This document shows positions 32,708 through 45,345 of a DNA stretch of 64,000 nucleotides, piece after piece. This DNA is from Parashewanella sp. (GTDB lineage: Bacteria; Pseudomonadota; Gammaproteobacteria; Enterobacterales; Shewanellaceae). The translations under genes and the position numbers were made by a program. Positions within the stretch are counted from its first letter, which is position 1, and every line of letters starts with the position of its first letter. Location: assembly GCA_965200795.1 (NCBI GenBank), contig CBDAVB010000003.1, forward strand, positions 110,859 through 174,858, given 5' to 3'. A model generated the notes under the pieces. The model saw only the letters and a list, made by a program, of their open reading frames with translations. It ran no database searches and was not told the DNA's origin.

Positions 32708-33912
32708 ATAAAAATCATGGTAATAAATGTTCCTGTATTACGATACCCTCTGGCTCGTGCTCTAGCCGCTTGAAATAGACTATTTAAACCTTCCATACGA
32801 GCATTCGTATAAGTGGATGACCAGCGCTGTAAAATTCTCTCTGCATGCCTTTCCACAGTTGCAAGTGCTTTTCGAACGGGTTCTAACATCTCAATATCAC
32901 CCAACTGCTCTTTTGCAAAATTAATGAAATACGTCAGCCTCCAGCGTGCAGCATGAGCGGTTTCAGCTTGACGTATCCACCTAAGTTGTTCCTTAATCCG
33001 CCAAGCTGTTGCTGTATTCAGGTCGCTGGATTCTAGCTCTGCAAGTGCTTCTTTTTGTTTCTCAGTAAATGAGCCATCTGCATTTTTTAGTACTGCCCAG
33101 CGCAGGCTCTTTGGATGCGGTTGGATTTTTCTCTCCGTTTTACGTACTTCATCAACCGCTTTAGTAAACAGTTGCACAACATGGAACCAATCAACCGTTA
33201 CGTTAGCATCCGGGAACTCTTCCTCTGTTGCTGACAGAAAGGCTCTTGACATATCACACACGACTTCAAGTACATTATCTGCTTTGCCTTGATGCTCTGT
33301 CAGAAAGGACTTAAATCGCTTAACGGTTTCCTTACCTTTTCCGGGCGTAGCGAACACAACAGGCTTGTCTTTCTTGTCCATATCAATGAAAACAGTAACA
33401 TAGTTGTGGCCACGTTTAGCCGCCGTTTCATCGAATCCAATAGCTTTAAGTGCTGACAAGTCCATCAATGCTAATGCCTTGCTGACGTAGTGTTTGATGA
33501 TGCGCCAAATACGTTTGTCACGAATTCCAACATATTCAGCACATGCCTTAACCGGCATTTCACGAGCCAGTACCAATACAGATTGTTCGAACAATAACGT
33601 GAATTTACTACCCGCTCTCGCCCAAGGGACATTGACACGCTTAACGCCATGCTCAGCACATCGAGTTCTCGGGACGTTTGCTTTGATATAACAGTGATGC
33701 TGAAAGAAATTGAGATGACGCCAAGTCAGCGATTTAAAGTCATGTGCCGGACAAGCTTTTGAGCAAGTCGGGCAGGGATACAAGCTTCCTCGTTCAGCTT
33801 CAATTTCGAGAACAAGTTCATTAGGTGAGGCTGATATATCCAGGTGTTGGTTAACCAACTTCCAAGGCGCTTCTATACCAAGACCGAGCATCAAAACTTG
33901 ATTTCCATCCAT
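32677..33912 (-). CDS. ISL3-family transposase, 3' end replaced by the IS256 insertion
   Basis: It has the zf-ISL3-like CPTCSKACPAHD and DDE_Tnp_ISL3-like blocks (GFDETAAKRGHNYVTVFID, VCDMSRAF, DWFHVVQ, ARGYRN). The last roughly 10 codons (EGVQNSVSA) and the stop lie inside IS256. The native C-terminus (...MIASPVSDLLKSI) can be read across the insertion at 31361-31414. The ATG at 33912 is preferred over the TTG at 33939. Confidence 0.85.
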   Translation of the reverse strand: MDGNQVLMLGLGIEAPWKLVNQHLDISASPNELVLEIEAERGSLYPCPTCSKACPAHDFKSLTWRHLNFFQHHCYIKANVPRTRCAEHGVKRVNVPWARAGSKFTLLFEQSVLVLAREMPVKACAEYVGIRDKRIWRIIKHYVSKALALMDLSALKAIGFDETAAKRGHNYVTVFIDMDKKDKPVVFATPGKGKETVKRFKSFLTEHQGKADNVLEVVCDMSRAFLSATEEEFPDANVTVDWFHVVQLFTKAVDEVRKTERKIQPHPKSLRWAVLKNADGSFTEKQKEALAELESSDLNTATAWRIKEQLRWIRQAETAHAARWRLTYFINFAKEQLGDIEMLEPVRKALATVERHAERILQRWSSTYTNARMEGLNSLFQAARARARGYRNTGTFITMIFMEGVQNSVSA

Positions 33913-34193
33913 GTATTTACTTCCAACTCTTGACTGCAAAACTGGGTTTATTATCTCAGAAATAAATCCATTAAATCCACACTAAACGACGAAGAGCCTA
34001 TTTTTGAAACTATTTTCCGACAAAAGATATCCGCTATATTCTGAATTGTTTGCATATGTTGACAGTTTACTAAGCTTCGCCGTTTATGTGAATTTGTAAT
34101 GAATTAACAATTTCATTTATGATGCGGATCCGAATCGGCCGGATGTGTCAATTTTAACTACCTTTTGATACACATCACCCTTTAAAATAATAA

Positions 34194-36452
<2,259 letters not shown>

Positions 36453-36471
36453 GGTCTTTCAAAAGCGCAAT

Positions 36472-36500
36472 AAAAAAGGCAGGTCAATTCTGCCTTTTTT
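36472..36500. terminator. bidirectional rho-independent terminator between icd and cspD
   Basis: AAAAAAGGCAG-GTCAATT-CTGCCTTTTTT. The stem is flanked by an A tract and a T tract, so it can function on both strands. Confidence 0.7.
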
Positions 36501-36563
36501 TATTCTTTTATCCGCCGTTCAACCGCTTTATTTTATCGCAACCGATAAAAGCCGGAGTTATTA

Positions 36564-36770
36564 TTATTTTACGGGTGTGATGGCTGAAGCATGCATGCCC
36601 TTCGGGCCTTGCTCAACTTGGTACTCAACAGGTTGTCCAGCCTTAAGAGTTCTGTATCCGTCCATATCTATGGTCGAATAATGCGCAAAAATATCTTCTC
36701 CGCCTTCATCAGGGCATATAAAGCCAAACCCTTTGGCGTTGTTGAACCACTTTACAGTTCCGCTTGCCAT
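36564..36770 (-). CDS. cspD: cold-shock-domain protein CspD
   Basis: 68 aa. Motifs include GTVKWFNNAKGFGFI and DIFAHYS. It sits divergent from clpS-clpA, as in E. coli. Confidence 0.9.
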   Translation of the reverse strand: MASGTVKWFNNAKGFGFICPDEGGEDIFAHYSTIDMDGYRTLKAGQPVEYQVEQGPKGMHASAITPVK

Positions 36771-36981
36771 ACTTCCACTTCCTTCTGTTGTCTACTTCTC
36801 GGTATGATAGTAAAAACTAAAAGAACATAAACTTGTTTACGTTCGGCCACCAGAATGTGATGATATTTATAGGATGTCAAGATAAATTTAACAAAAAAAC
36901 AACATTTAATTTGCGATAATGACAAGTCATTACCGAATATAGTAAATTTGACAGTAATGTCAGTAAGAGGTTTTACCGCTA

Positions 36982-37290
36982 ATGAGTAAATTGGGCAGCA
37001 CAGAAATTGTAGAAGAGGATGTCTTAACAGAACTTTCCCCTCCTTCAATGTATCAGGTGATTTTGAATAACGATGATTACACGCCGATGGACTTTGTTGT
37101 CGATGTGTTAGAAGTGTTTTTTAATAAAAATGAACAAGAAGCCACCGATATCATGTTGACGATTCATCATCAGGGAAAAGGTGTTTGTGGTACGTATCCT
37201 TTTGATATTGCAGAGACAAAAGTAATCCAAGTGAACCAGTTTTCTCGGGATAACGAACATCCTTTGCTTTGTACGCTAGAGAAAATATGA
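36982..37290 (+). CDS. clpS: ATP-dependent Clp protease adaptor ClpS
   Basis: 102 aa. Motifs include [24 protein letters not shown] and [17 protein letters not shown]. Confidence 0.95.
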   Translation: MSKLGSTEIVEEDVLTELSPPSMYQVILNNDDYTPMDFVVDVLEVFFNKNEQEATDIMLTIHHQGKGVCGTYPFDIAETKVIQVNQFSRDNEHPLLCTLEKI

Positions 37291-37336
37291 AAATATATTA
37301 CCCTAAGAGTATCGGGTTATTTTTTTGGGGGTGCCT

Positions 37337-39598
37337 ATGCTGAACAAAGATTTAGAAATAACATTGAATTCAGCTTTTCAGCAAGCTAAAGATTCTCGGC
37401 ACGAATATATGACAGTCGAGCATCTGCTGCTTGCGCTTTTGGACAACCCGTCCGCTCAAGAAGCATTGTTATCCTGCGGCGCTGACATTAACAGGCTTCG
37501 TGACGAGGTTAGCCGTTTTATCGAACAAACTACGCCATTGATCACCGATAACGTTAAGGAAAAAGAAACTCAGCCGACACTCGGGTTTCAGCGGGTTCTT
37601 CAGCGTGCGGTATTCCATGTTCAATCTTCAGGAAGAAATGAAGTCACCGGCGCCAATGTTCTGGTGGCGATTTTTAGCGAACAAGAGTCACAAGCTGTTT
37701 ATCTGTTAAGACGCTGCGATGTTACTCGTTTAGATGTCGTGAATTTCATTTCTCATGGTGTTACGAAAACAGATAATGAATCTGAATCTATTAGTTTTGA
37801 ATCAACAGAGACAGATACAGAATCTGAACAAGAAAACAGTGCTCTTGCCCAATACACAACGAATTTAAACAAGCTTGCGGAGCGGGGCAATATCGACCCG
37901 CTCATCGGTCGTGATAATGAGATTGAACGAACGATACAAACCCTTTGCCGACGACGAAAAAACAATCCTTTACTGGTCGGTGAGGCGGGGGTGGGTAAAA
38001 CCGCAATTGCTGAAGGTTTAGCTTACCGAATACACCAAAAAGAAGTACCTAAGGTGATGGAGGACGCGACTGTCTATTCATTAGATATGGGCGCGTTATT
38101 AGCGGGCACAAAGTACCGGGGGGATTTCGAAAAACGTTTTAAGAGTTTGTTAAAAGAACTGACCAATGATAAGCACGCTATTTTGTTCATTGATGAAATT
38201 CACACCATCATCGGTGCCGGAGCGGCGTCCGGTGGTGTAATGGATGCCTCCAACCTGCTCAAACCGTTACTTTCGAGCGGTAACTTACGTTGCATGGGTT
38301 CGACAACTTTCCAGGAATTCCAGAGTATTTTTGACAAAGACAAAGCTTTAGCGAGACGCTTCCAAAAAATCGATATCAACGAGCCAAGTGTCGCTGAAAC
38401 CACTTTGATCCTGAAAGGCCTTAAGTCGAAGTATGAAGAGCACCACCGTGTCCGCTACACCCAGGAAGCATTGAGCACGGCCGCCAAGCTTTCCGCTAAA
38501 CACATTAATGACCGTCATTTACCAGACAAAGCCATTGATGTAATCGATGAAGCGGGGGCGAGAATGGCGATGCAGCCACAGAGAAAACGTAACAAGACCA
38601 TCGGCAAATTCGAGATTGAAGAGATCATTGCCAAGATTGCTCGTATTCCTGAGAAGACCGTGACCGCCTCTGATAAGGATTTGCTTAAGAACCTGGAACG
38701 TAATCTTAAGATGGTGGTGTTCGGGCAAAATAAAGCGATTGAGAGCTTAAGTTCAGCGATCAGATTGTCACGCAGCGGCTTAGGACAAGAGCAAAAACCC
38801 GTCGGCAGCTTCTTGTTCGCCGGTCCGACAGGTGTCGGTAAAACTGAGGTTACCAGCCAGCTTGCCAATTGTTTAGGTCTGAAGCTGGTTCGATTTGATA
38901 TGTCCGAATACATGGAAGCTCATGCTGTCGCGCGCTTAATAGGCGCTCCTCCGGGGTATGTAGGCTATGAACAAGGCGGCTTGTTAACGGATGCCGTGAT
39001 TAAACAACCGCATTGTGTCGTATTGCTTGATGAAATCGAAAAAGCACATCCCGATGTCTACAATCTGCTTTTGCAGGTTATGGATCACGGTACACTGACT
39101 GATAATAATGGTCGTAAAGCTGACTTCAGAAATGTCACTTTGGTTATGACAACTAACGCCGGCGTTCAGGAAACGATGAAAAAATCAATTGGCTTCCAGC
39201 AGCAGGATCGCAGTGAAGACGCAATGGATGAAATTAATCGTATTTTCACACCAGAGTTCCGTAACCGACTTGACAGCATTATCTGGTTTAACCATCTCGA
39301 TATGACAGTGATTGCAAAAGTCGTCGATAAGTTCCTGGTCGAGTTACAGGCGCAGCTTGATGAAAAACGAGTTGTGCTGACGGTGACAGATGAAGCGAGA
39401 ACGTTATTAGCTGAAAAAGGCTACGACAAAAACATGGGAGCAAGACCTATGTCTCGAGTGGTTACAGAGTTGATTAAGCGACCTCTGGCTGATGAAATTT
39501 TATTCGGCGCTTTAGAATCCGGCGGTAAAGCCACTATCGACGCTAAAGAAGGTGAGATTGTTATCTGTACAAAGTTCTCAGCTAAAGCAGTGAACTAA
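37337..39598 (+). CDS. clpA: ATP-dependent Clp protease ATP-binding subunit ClpA
   Basis: It starts at the ATG for [14 protein letters not shown]; the track begins 12 nt earlier at a TTG. It has two AAA+ modules with Walker [16 protein letters not shown] and GPTGVGKTE. Confidence 0.96.
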   Translation: MLNKDLEITLNSAFQQAKDSRHEYMTVEHLLLALLDNPSAQEALLSCGADINRLRDEVSRFIEQTTPLITDNVKEKETQPTLGFQRVLQRAVFHVQSSGRNEVTGANVLVAIFSEQESQAVYLLRRCDVTRLDVVNFISHGVTKTDNESESISFESTETDTESEQENSALAQYTTNLNKLAERGNIDPLIGRDNEIERTIQTLCRRRKNNPLLVGEAGVGKTAIAEGLAYRIHQKEVPKVMEDATVYSLDMGALLAGTKYRGDFEKRFKSLLKELTNDKHAILFIDEIHTIIGAGAASGGVMDASNLLKPLLSSGNLRCMGSTTFQEFQSIFDKDKALARRFQKIDINEPSVAETTLILKGLKSKYEEHHRVRYTQEALSTAAKLSAKHINDRHLPDKAIDVIDEAGARMAMQPQRKRNKTIGKFEIEEIIAKIARIPEKTVTASDKDLLKNLERNLKMVVFGQNKAIESLSSAIRLSRSGLGQEQKPVGSFLFAGPTGVGKTEVTSQLANCLGLKLVRFDMSEYMEAHAVARLIGAPPGYVGYEQGGLLTDAVIKQPHCVVLLDEIEKAHPDVYNLLLQVMDHGTLTDNNGRKADFRNVTLVMTTNAGVQETMKKSIGFQQQDRSEDAMDEINRIFTPEFRNRLDSIIWFNHLDMTVIAKVVDKFLVELQAQLDEKRVVLTVTDEARTLLAEKGYDKNMGARPMSRVVTELIKRPLADEILFGALESGGKATIDAKEGEIVICTKFSAKAVN

Positions 39599-39617
39599 GC
39601 AAAGCTTGAACACACAA

Positions 39618-39651
39618 GAACCCGGCATTTACCACCGGGTTTCTGGTTTTT
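39618..39651 (+). terminator. rho-independent terminator after clpA
   Basis: Stem GAACCCGG / CCGGGTTT with a 9-nt loop, followed by CTGGTTTTT. Confidence 0.6.
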
Positions 39652-39662
39652 AGGTAATATAT

Positions 39663-39902
<240 letters not shown>

Positions 39903-39976
39903 TCAAATATAAAAATTGCGCGTATCATGCCCCAAATCGGCCAGGCTGTAAAGAGTCGGTACAAAAAACCACAAGA

Positions 39977-40693
39977 TTAATTGTGTGTTTTCCATCCTTG
40001 ATCCGTCAATACCTCATAAGGGCGATACAATTTTTTATAGTTCATTTTTCGGCATTCATCAATCTGATAACCAAGATACAAGTACTGCTTATTAAGCCGC
40101 TTGGCGAGTTCGATTTGTGCCAGAATCATATAACTGCCTAATGAAAATTTAGCGTATTCATTATCGAAGAAGCTGTAGATTGCGCTCAGAGAATCGGTGA
40201 TCACATCTGAAACCGCAACACCGATGAGCTTTTGGTTGTCATAGATTTCAATAAAAGAATCCGGCAACCAAGAGCATAAAATAAATTGTTCATACTGTTG
40301 CCTGTCTGCCGGATACATCGGTCCGTCAGAGTGACGGTCCTGAATGTACTTTTTATAAAGCTCGAAGTATTCAGGCTTATCTTTATCAGATTGCTGCCAT
40401 CGAAAATTGGCGTTTTGTTTTAATGTTCTTTTTTGTCGTTTAGAAACTTTAAACTGTTCAACCGCAATACGAATCGGTTTACATTCGGCGCATGCCGGGC
40501 AGTGGGGTTTGTAGATTGCACTGCCGTTTCTTCTGAAACCAAGGCTAAGCAGTCTTTCATAAAGCGGTATATCAATTTCATAATCGGTTAGCGTCAGCAG
40601 CTGCTCCTGTTTACCCGCCAGATAACTGCAGTCAAAAGGGTGAGTTAACCCAAAATAGATTAAATCTTCTGTTACCGCCGGCTTATTGGTCAT
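39977..40693 (-). CDS. bpt: arginyl/leucyl-tRNA--protein transferase, Ate1/Bpt family
   Basis: 238 aa. It has the N-terminal Cys-containing block (HPFDCSYL...), GFRRNG, YKPHCPACAEC and the C-terminal GYQIDECRKMNYK. It overlaps aat by 11 bp. Confidence 0.85.
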   Translation of the reverse strand: MTNKPAVTEDLIYFGLTHPFDCSYLAGKQEQLLTLTDYEIDIPLYERLLSLGFRRNGSAIYKPHCPACAECKPIRIAVEQFKVSKRQKRTLKQNANFRWQQSDKDKPEYFELYKKYIQDRHSDGPMYPADRQQYEQFILCSWLPDSFIEIYDNQKLIGVAVSDVITDSLSAIYSFFDNEYAKFSLGSYMILAQIELAKRLNKQYLYLGYQIDECRKMNYKKLYRPYEVLTDQGWKTHN

Positions 40694-41405
40694 AGATTTC
40701 CCCCTGGCGAATGACTCTCGGCACCCAGCAATTCTTTTTGGCGTTTTGTGTTTTATAGGTGTTAAGCAGTGTTAAAAATTCTTCACGGCGAATGCTTTGC
40801 GCGCCTAAACTTGCAAGATGAGGATTCATCATTTGAGTGTCAATTAAAGCGTAGTCAAATTCCAGCATTAAGTCTTGTAAATAATACATGGCAACCTTCG
40901 ACGCATTCGTTGCCAGGTGAAACATAGATTCACCGCAAAACACTTTGCCGACGGCAATGCCGTAAAGTCCGCCGATTAATGTGTCCTCATTCCAGACTTC
41001 TAACGAGTGCGCCTGCCCTGAAAGGTGTAATTGGTGATAGGCCTGTTGAATATCAGAGGTAATCCAGGTGGCGTCCTGCCTGGCTCTGGGTGCGGCGCAA
41101 TGTTCAATTACCGATAAAAAGTCTCGGTTAACGGTAATTTTCCATTGAGATTTTTTAGTGAACTTTTTAAGGCTCTTACTGACATGCAATTCGCCGGGGA
41201 TGATGATTGCTCTTGGGTCGGGTGACCACCAAAGAATCGGATCCCTTTCTTCAAACCACGGAAAAATACCGCTGTTATAAGCGGTTAACAGACGTTGCGG
41301 TGAAAGATCGCCTCCGACAGCGAGAAGCCCGTTAGGCTCTTCCAGCGCCAAACTCGGATGAGGAAAGTTTTTATCTGAATCAGTCAGAAAAGTTAACGAA
41401 CGCAT
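40683..41405 (-). CDS. aat: leucyl/phenylalanyl-tRNA--protein transferase
   Basis: Blocks include GLLAVGGDLSPQRLLTAYNSGIFPW, ILWWSPDPR, VEVWNED.LIGGLYG and GESMFH. The ATG at 41405 (MRSLTFL) is preferred over the upstream start at 41474, which would overlap the divergent gene. Confidence 0.9.
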   Translation of the reverse strand: MRSLTFLTDSDKNFPHPSLALEEPNGLLAVGGDLSPQRLLTAYNSGIFPWFEERDPILWWSPDPRAIIIPGELHVSKSLKKFTKKSQWKITVNRDFLSVIEHCAAPRARQDATWITSDIQQAYHQLHLSGQAHSLEVWNEDTLIGGLYGIAVGKVFCGESMFHLATNASKVAMYYLQDLMLEFDYALIDTQMMNPHLASLGAQSIRREEFLTLLNTYKTQNAKKNCWVPRVIRQGEIYDQ

Positions 41406-41448
41406 ATTTTTAGGGTAATGTAGTTGATAACAATAAAGTATAGGAAAA

Positions 41449-41928
41449 ATGAATATGTTAGAACCTAAACACATCAGTTTTATGTTACTGTTCCTTTTCT
41501 CAGCTTTTGCCTTTGCTTCCGGGCCTTATAACAGAAATACAGCTCAGCCGGTTGAAAAAGTCGTCTACGGCGATATTACCTCATTAAGAAACATTACTCA
41601 GCAAGAAATCATAAAGGATAAGAATCGGGGCTGGAAAACCTTTGGCGGCGCTTTGCTCGGCGGGGTGATAGGTAATCAGTTCGGTAAAGGCAGCGGTCGT
41701 GATATCGCAACCATTTTTGGCGCCATAGCTGGCGGCGGTATTGCTAATCAGCAAAACAGTCAACCCAGATACAGAGAATATAAGCTGATTGAATTAATGA
41801 TCAAACAAGATGATGGTCAGTCAGTGATGGTGGTTCAAGATCTTGACCCCGGCATGCCGTTTAAAGCGGGTGATAGGGTCAGAGTGGTTTATCTGAAAAA
41901 TAGTGTGCGAGTGGATATTGCGATGTAG
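41449..41928 (+). CDS. glycine-zipper 2TM domain protein (YcfJ/SlyB-like)
   Basis: 159 aa with a signal peptide and the Gly-zipper GGALLGGVIGNQFGKGSGRDIATIFGAIAGGGIANQ. Confidence 0.75.
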   Translation: MNMLEPKHISFMLLFLFSAFAFASGPYNRNTAQPVEKVVYGDITSLRNITQQEIIKDKNRGWKTFGGALLGGVIGNQFGKGSGRDIATIFGAIAGGGIANQQNSQPRYREYKLIELMIKQDDGQSVMVVQDLDPGMPFKAGDRVRVVYLKNSVRVDIAM

Positions 41929-41972
41929 TGGTTTTAGCTTTCTATGAGGTCAGATACTAAAAAGGAAATATT

Positions 41973-42330
41973 ATGGATGATTTACTTATTAGTTTAATTG
42001 TGAGTACGATATCTGGTGCAGTTCTGATTGTGCCGGGAATTTTAGTTGCCGTTAAAAAAATATCAGCTCATCAACGGAGTAGATATGTCTGCTTTAAGTG
42101 AACCTGAAAAGTCCGGTGATTTTATAGGTAATAGCGTTATCATTTCCGGGCCGCTCATGGCTCTGTCCGGTACTCTTTTGTACATACGACTTATTGATAT
42201 TACAATCTTTGTATTGTTCATGATCGCTTCAGGATTTATTCCGCTGCCTGCGTTCTTCTATGCTAAATCAAAGTTTTCTAAGAAAGGTGAGCACAGGCAT
42301 CATGATAAGCAAAAGAATGTGGTGAAATAA
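41973..42330 (+). CDS. small membrane protein, possibly split by a frameshift in an A7 tract
   Basis: The ATG at 41973 has an AAGGA SD and opens a 43-codon frame (MDDLLISLIVSTISGAVLIVPGILVAVKK...). The listed ORF (42046-42330, +1 frame) continues with two more TM segments. The frames meet at A7 (42054-42060). Alternatively the gene simply starts at the ATG at 42085. Confidence 0.4.
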
Positions 42331-42408
42331 AACCTGATGACCCGACGGACACCAATAAAAACGCCAGCGTTTATCCGGCGTACCGGAATCAAACTTAATT
42401 TAATTAAA

Positions 42409-44029
42409 CTCGATGCTGCAGTTTTTAGAGCTTGATAAAAAATTGATTTAGCTATAGGTCAAACTACTGCTGCGACTCCATGCTAAGGCATCCGAAGCAT
42501 AATCAGCATCACAACAGCAGTCTGAAGTGTTAGAGTGAACTCAGAGCTTATACTCGTCAAGCAGTTCATTATGTTTATTCGTAGCCTTTCAATTGTTACT
42601 CAATTTTTTGATGCATTAAATGTTTCGTTATCCTTGATTAAACCCTCATTAAAATTAACAAGAACTCAAAAAATAGTACTTAGGAGCGATGATCACTGGA
42701 GTTATCATGACTGAGGCTTTGAACTGGGCAGCTTTTGAACGGAGAAGTTTAGGCGTTTTCAAGTCAACGGGCTTATGCTGGATATTCTACAAAGCTAAAA
42801 TCCCTTGGCAGTACCTACTTCAAGCGAGTATTTGCAATATATTCAAACATTATCAATTAACAAACGGCCATTTAGATATTGATGATACCCATAAACACCG
42901 AGCTAAAAAAACGACTTGTATTGCAGGTGCACATAAAATCAAAGACAAACCGACAGGTGGGTATATCAATGGGCAAGAGCTGATATTCATGATACTTGTC
43001 ACCGATACGGTAACCTTTCCAGTTGGGTTTAGGTTTTATACCCCCGATCCGAATCTCGCCATTTGGAGCAAACGGGATAAAGAGCTGCAACGACAAGGTA
43101 TCGCTAAAAAAGAGCGACCACAAAGACCCATGCCTGACCATGTTAACTATCCGACTAAACAAGCGCTTGCACTAGAAATGCTAAGAGAATTTACCACCGC
43201 CTTTCCAAACTTTAAAATCAAGAGCGTATTAGCCGATGCATTATATGGGACTGCTGATTTCATGGATAAAGCTGAAGAAATCACTCATCACGCTCAAATA
43301 GTCAGTCAATTAAGAACAAATCAACGAGTGAGCAGCAAGAACTCAAAAGCACGAGTTGATACCTATTTTAATCGTCAAAAAGGTGTTGAACTTCAACTGT
43401 CTATTCGCGGTGGTGAAGAGAAGAAAGTCACCATGATGGCTGCGAGGCTATATGTTAATGCGCATAGTAAACGGAGATTTGTTGTGGCGCTAAAATATGA
43501 AGGAGAAGAAGAATATCGTTACTTGATCGCTAGCAATATGTCATGGCATCACCATGATATAGCAAGACTTTATACATTAAGGTGGTTAGTAGAGGTTTTT
43601 ATCCAAGATTGGAAAGCTCATTGCGGTTGGAACAAGTTGAGCAAACAGCAAGGTGTCGATGGTTCGGAGCATGGCCTGATCTTAAGCCTTCTGTGCGAGC
43701 ATTTACTGTTGCAACATCCTGAGCAGTCTGTCCGGCTTAAAAACAAACACCCTGGGATGCCTGTGGGTTGCCTAATTGAACGCCTAAAAGTTGAAGCGCT
43801 TGTTGCTACGATTCAAGAAGTGGTATGTGCCAATGATCCAAATGCAGCATTAGAGAGCTTAATTACGGCACTCCATGATTCCTTACCAGAACGAGACTCT
43901 AGCAGGCATATGGCAGGTAGAGATTTAGGTCGTCAGGAAGAAATTCCTTCATTAAAATCCCATGCAAAAACATTTCAGAATATGGGTTATGCTGCATGAT
44001 TGTCAATTAAGAAAAACTGCAGCATCGAG
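42409..44029 (+). mobile_element. IS4-family insertion sequence (1621 bp)
   Basis: A perfect 18-bp terminal IR CTCGATGCTGCAGTTTTT sits at 42409-42426 and, as reverse complement, at 44012-44029. It is flanked by the direct repeat TTAAA (42404-42408 and 44030-44034). Confidence 0.88.
42689..43999 (+). CDS. IS4-family DDE transposase
   Basis: 436 aa. It carries the IS4 Y-(2)-R-(3)-E-(6)-K signature exactly, in YTLRWLVEVFIQDWK, and DDE-type blocks (LADALYG...). A further 47 codons starting at the ATG at 42571 lie in another frame upstream. Confidence 0.85.
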   Translation: MITGVIMTEALNWAAFERRSLGVFKSTGLCWIFYKAKIPWQYLLQASICNIFKHYQLTNGHLDIDDTHKHRAKKTTCIAGAHKIKDKPTGGYINGQELIFMILVTDTVTFPVGFRFYTPDPNLAIWSKRDKELQRQGIAKKERPQRPMPDHVNYPTKQALALEMLREFTTAFPNFKIKSVLADALYGTADFMDKAEEITHHAQIVSQLRTNQRVSSKNSKARVDTYFNRQKGVELQLSIRGGEEKKVTMMAARLYVNAHSKRRFVVALKYEGEEEYRYLIASNMSWHHHDIARLYTLRWLVEVFIQDWKAHCGWNKLSKQQGVDGSEHGLILSLLCEHLLLQHPEQSVRLKNKHPGMPVGCLIERLKVEALVATIQEVVCANDPNAALESLITALHDSLPERDSSRHMAGRDLGRQEEIPSLKSHAKTFQNMGYAA

Positions 44030-44052
44030 TTAAAGCTTAAAACCTCGGGGAG

Positions 44053-45345
44053 GGAGGGCGTTCAAAATTCTGTGTCAGCCTAAATTCTAAATTTCTAATA
44101 CGTTATCCAATCTGCCTTCAAAATGGATTGCAAATTGTGACAATGCTAGCCTCCAATTTTGGACTGGCATTGTCCACTTTTTAGAGGCATTCAATATTCC
44201 CGCATAAAGCAATTTTAGCAAGCTGTTTTCATTTGGAAATGCCCCTTTTGTTTTGGTGAGTTTCCTAAACTGGCGATGTACGGCTTCAATCGCATTGGTC
44301 GTGTAAATCACTCGACGTACATATTCTGGATATTTGAAGTAAACGGACAAGTTCTCCCACTTTCTGCGCCAAGAGTCGATAACGATTGGATACTGGCTAC
44401 CCCATTTGTTTTCCAGCTCATCTAAAGCCGTTTCAGCAGCCGATTTACTTGTCGCTCTGTAAACCGGCTTTAAATCAGCCATAAACGCCTTTTGATGCTT
44501 AGATGCCACATACTTCATTGAGTTGCGTACCTGATGAATTACGCAAAGCTGAACTTCTGTCTCCGGGTAAATGCTGGCAATAGCTTCAGGAAAACCGTTT
44601 AACCCGTCAACACAAGCAATTAAGATATCCTTAACACCACGATTATGAAGATCGGTCAGTACCGAAAGCCAATAATTAGCACCTTCTGACTCTGAAAGAT
44701 ACAGGCCAAGTAACTCTTTCTTACCTTCGAGATTAACGCCTAGAATCGTGTAAATAGCCTTACTGACATAGCGACCATTGTCTTTGACTTTATAGTGAAT
44801 CGCATCCAGCCAAATAATTGGATAGACCTCGTCTAAACTGCGTTGCTGCCATTCTTTGAGCTGAGGAATAAGCTGATCGGTCACAGCCGTCAAACTGGCT
44901 TCTGAAAGCTCTAAACCATACAAATCAGCCACATGAGATTTGATATCACGATAACTCATACCCATTGAAAACATTGACAAAATCTTACGATCAATTTCAT
45001 CAGAGAGCTTAGTTTGATTTTTTTTGACAAGCTGAGGCTCAAAGTTGCCGGCTCTGTCTCTTGGCGTTTCTAACTCAAATTCGCCAACTGAAGATTTAAC
45101 GGTTTTTTTACTAAAACCATTTCTTCGATTGGGCTCAAGATCTGAGTCTAAATGTTGATCAAGTTCTGCTTTAAGCGCTGCTTCTGTTAGTTGTTTGATT
45201 AAAGGGGTGAGAACACCATCCGCACCAGTTAAACCTTTACCTGATTGAAGTTGTTCTAAAGCTTTATTGAAATCGAAATTTTGAGTCATTATGTCATTCC
45301 TGTTTTTGACATTTTACCGAAATGACACAGATTTCTAAACACTAC
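44053..45345 (-). mobile_element. IS256-family insertion sequence, copy 2 (1293 bp), inverted relative to copy 1
   Basis: Both untranslated ends are identical to copy 1 where I compared them, and the transposase protein is identical. The flanking 8-mers TCGGGGAG (44045-44052) and CCGGGGAG (45346-45353) match at 7 of 8 positions. Confidence 0.9.
44087..45289 (-). CDS. IS256-family (mutator-type) transposase
   Basis: 400 aa, identical to the product of 31471-32673. Confidence 0.93.
   Translation of the reverse strand: MTQNFDFNKALEQLQSGKGLTGADGVLTPLIKQLTEAALKAELDQHLDSDLEPNRRNGFSKKTVKSSVGEFELETPRDRAGNFEPQLVKKNQTKLSDEIDRKILSMFSMGMSYRDIKSHVADLYGLELSEASLTAVTDQLIPQLKEWQQRSLDEVYPIIWLDAIHYKVKDNGRYVSKAIYTILGVNLEGKKELLGLYLSESEGANYWLSVLTDLHNRGVKDILIACVDGLNGFPEAIASIYPETEVQLCVIHQVRNSMKYVASKHQKAFMADLKPVYRATSKSAAETALDELENKWGSQYPIVIDSWRRKWENLSVYFKYPEYVRRVIYTTNAIEAVHRQFRKLTKTKGAFPNENSLLKLLYAGILNASKKWTMPVQNWRLALSQFAIHFEGRLDNVLEI

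Larger units (their letters stand above)
31353..33998 (-). mobile_element. ISL3-family insertion sequence (native size about 1345 bp) carrying a nested IS256-family element
   Basis: The terminal IRs are GGCTCTTCGTCGTTTCATATGGATTT (31353-) and GGCTCTTCGTCGTTTAGTGTGGATTT (reverse complement ending at 33998). A perfect 8-bp target duplication TATTTTTG sits at 31345-31352 and 33999-34006. Confidence 0.9.

Noticed and set aside
36591-37048. ORFs 36591-36830 (+) and 36752-37048 (-) around cspD and clpS
   Set aside because: They overlap cspD antisense or span the cspD-clpS promoter region. They show no SD and no family features.
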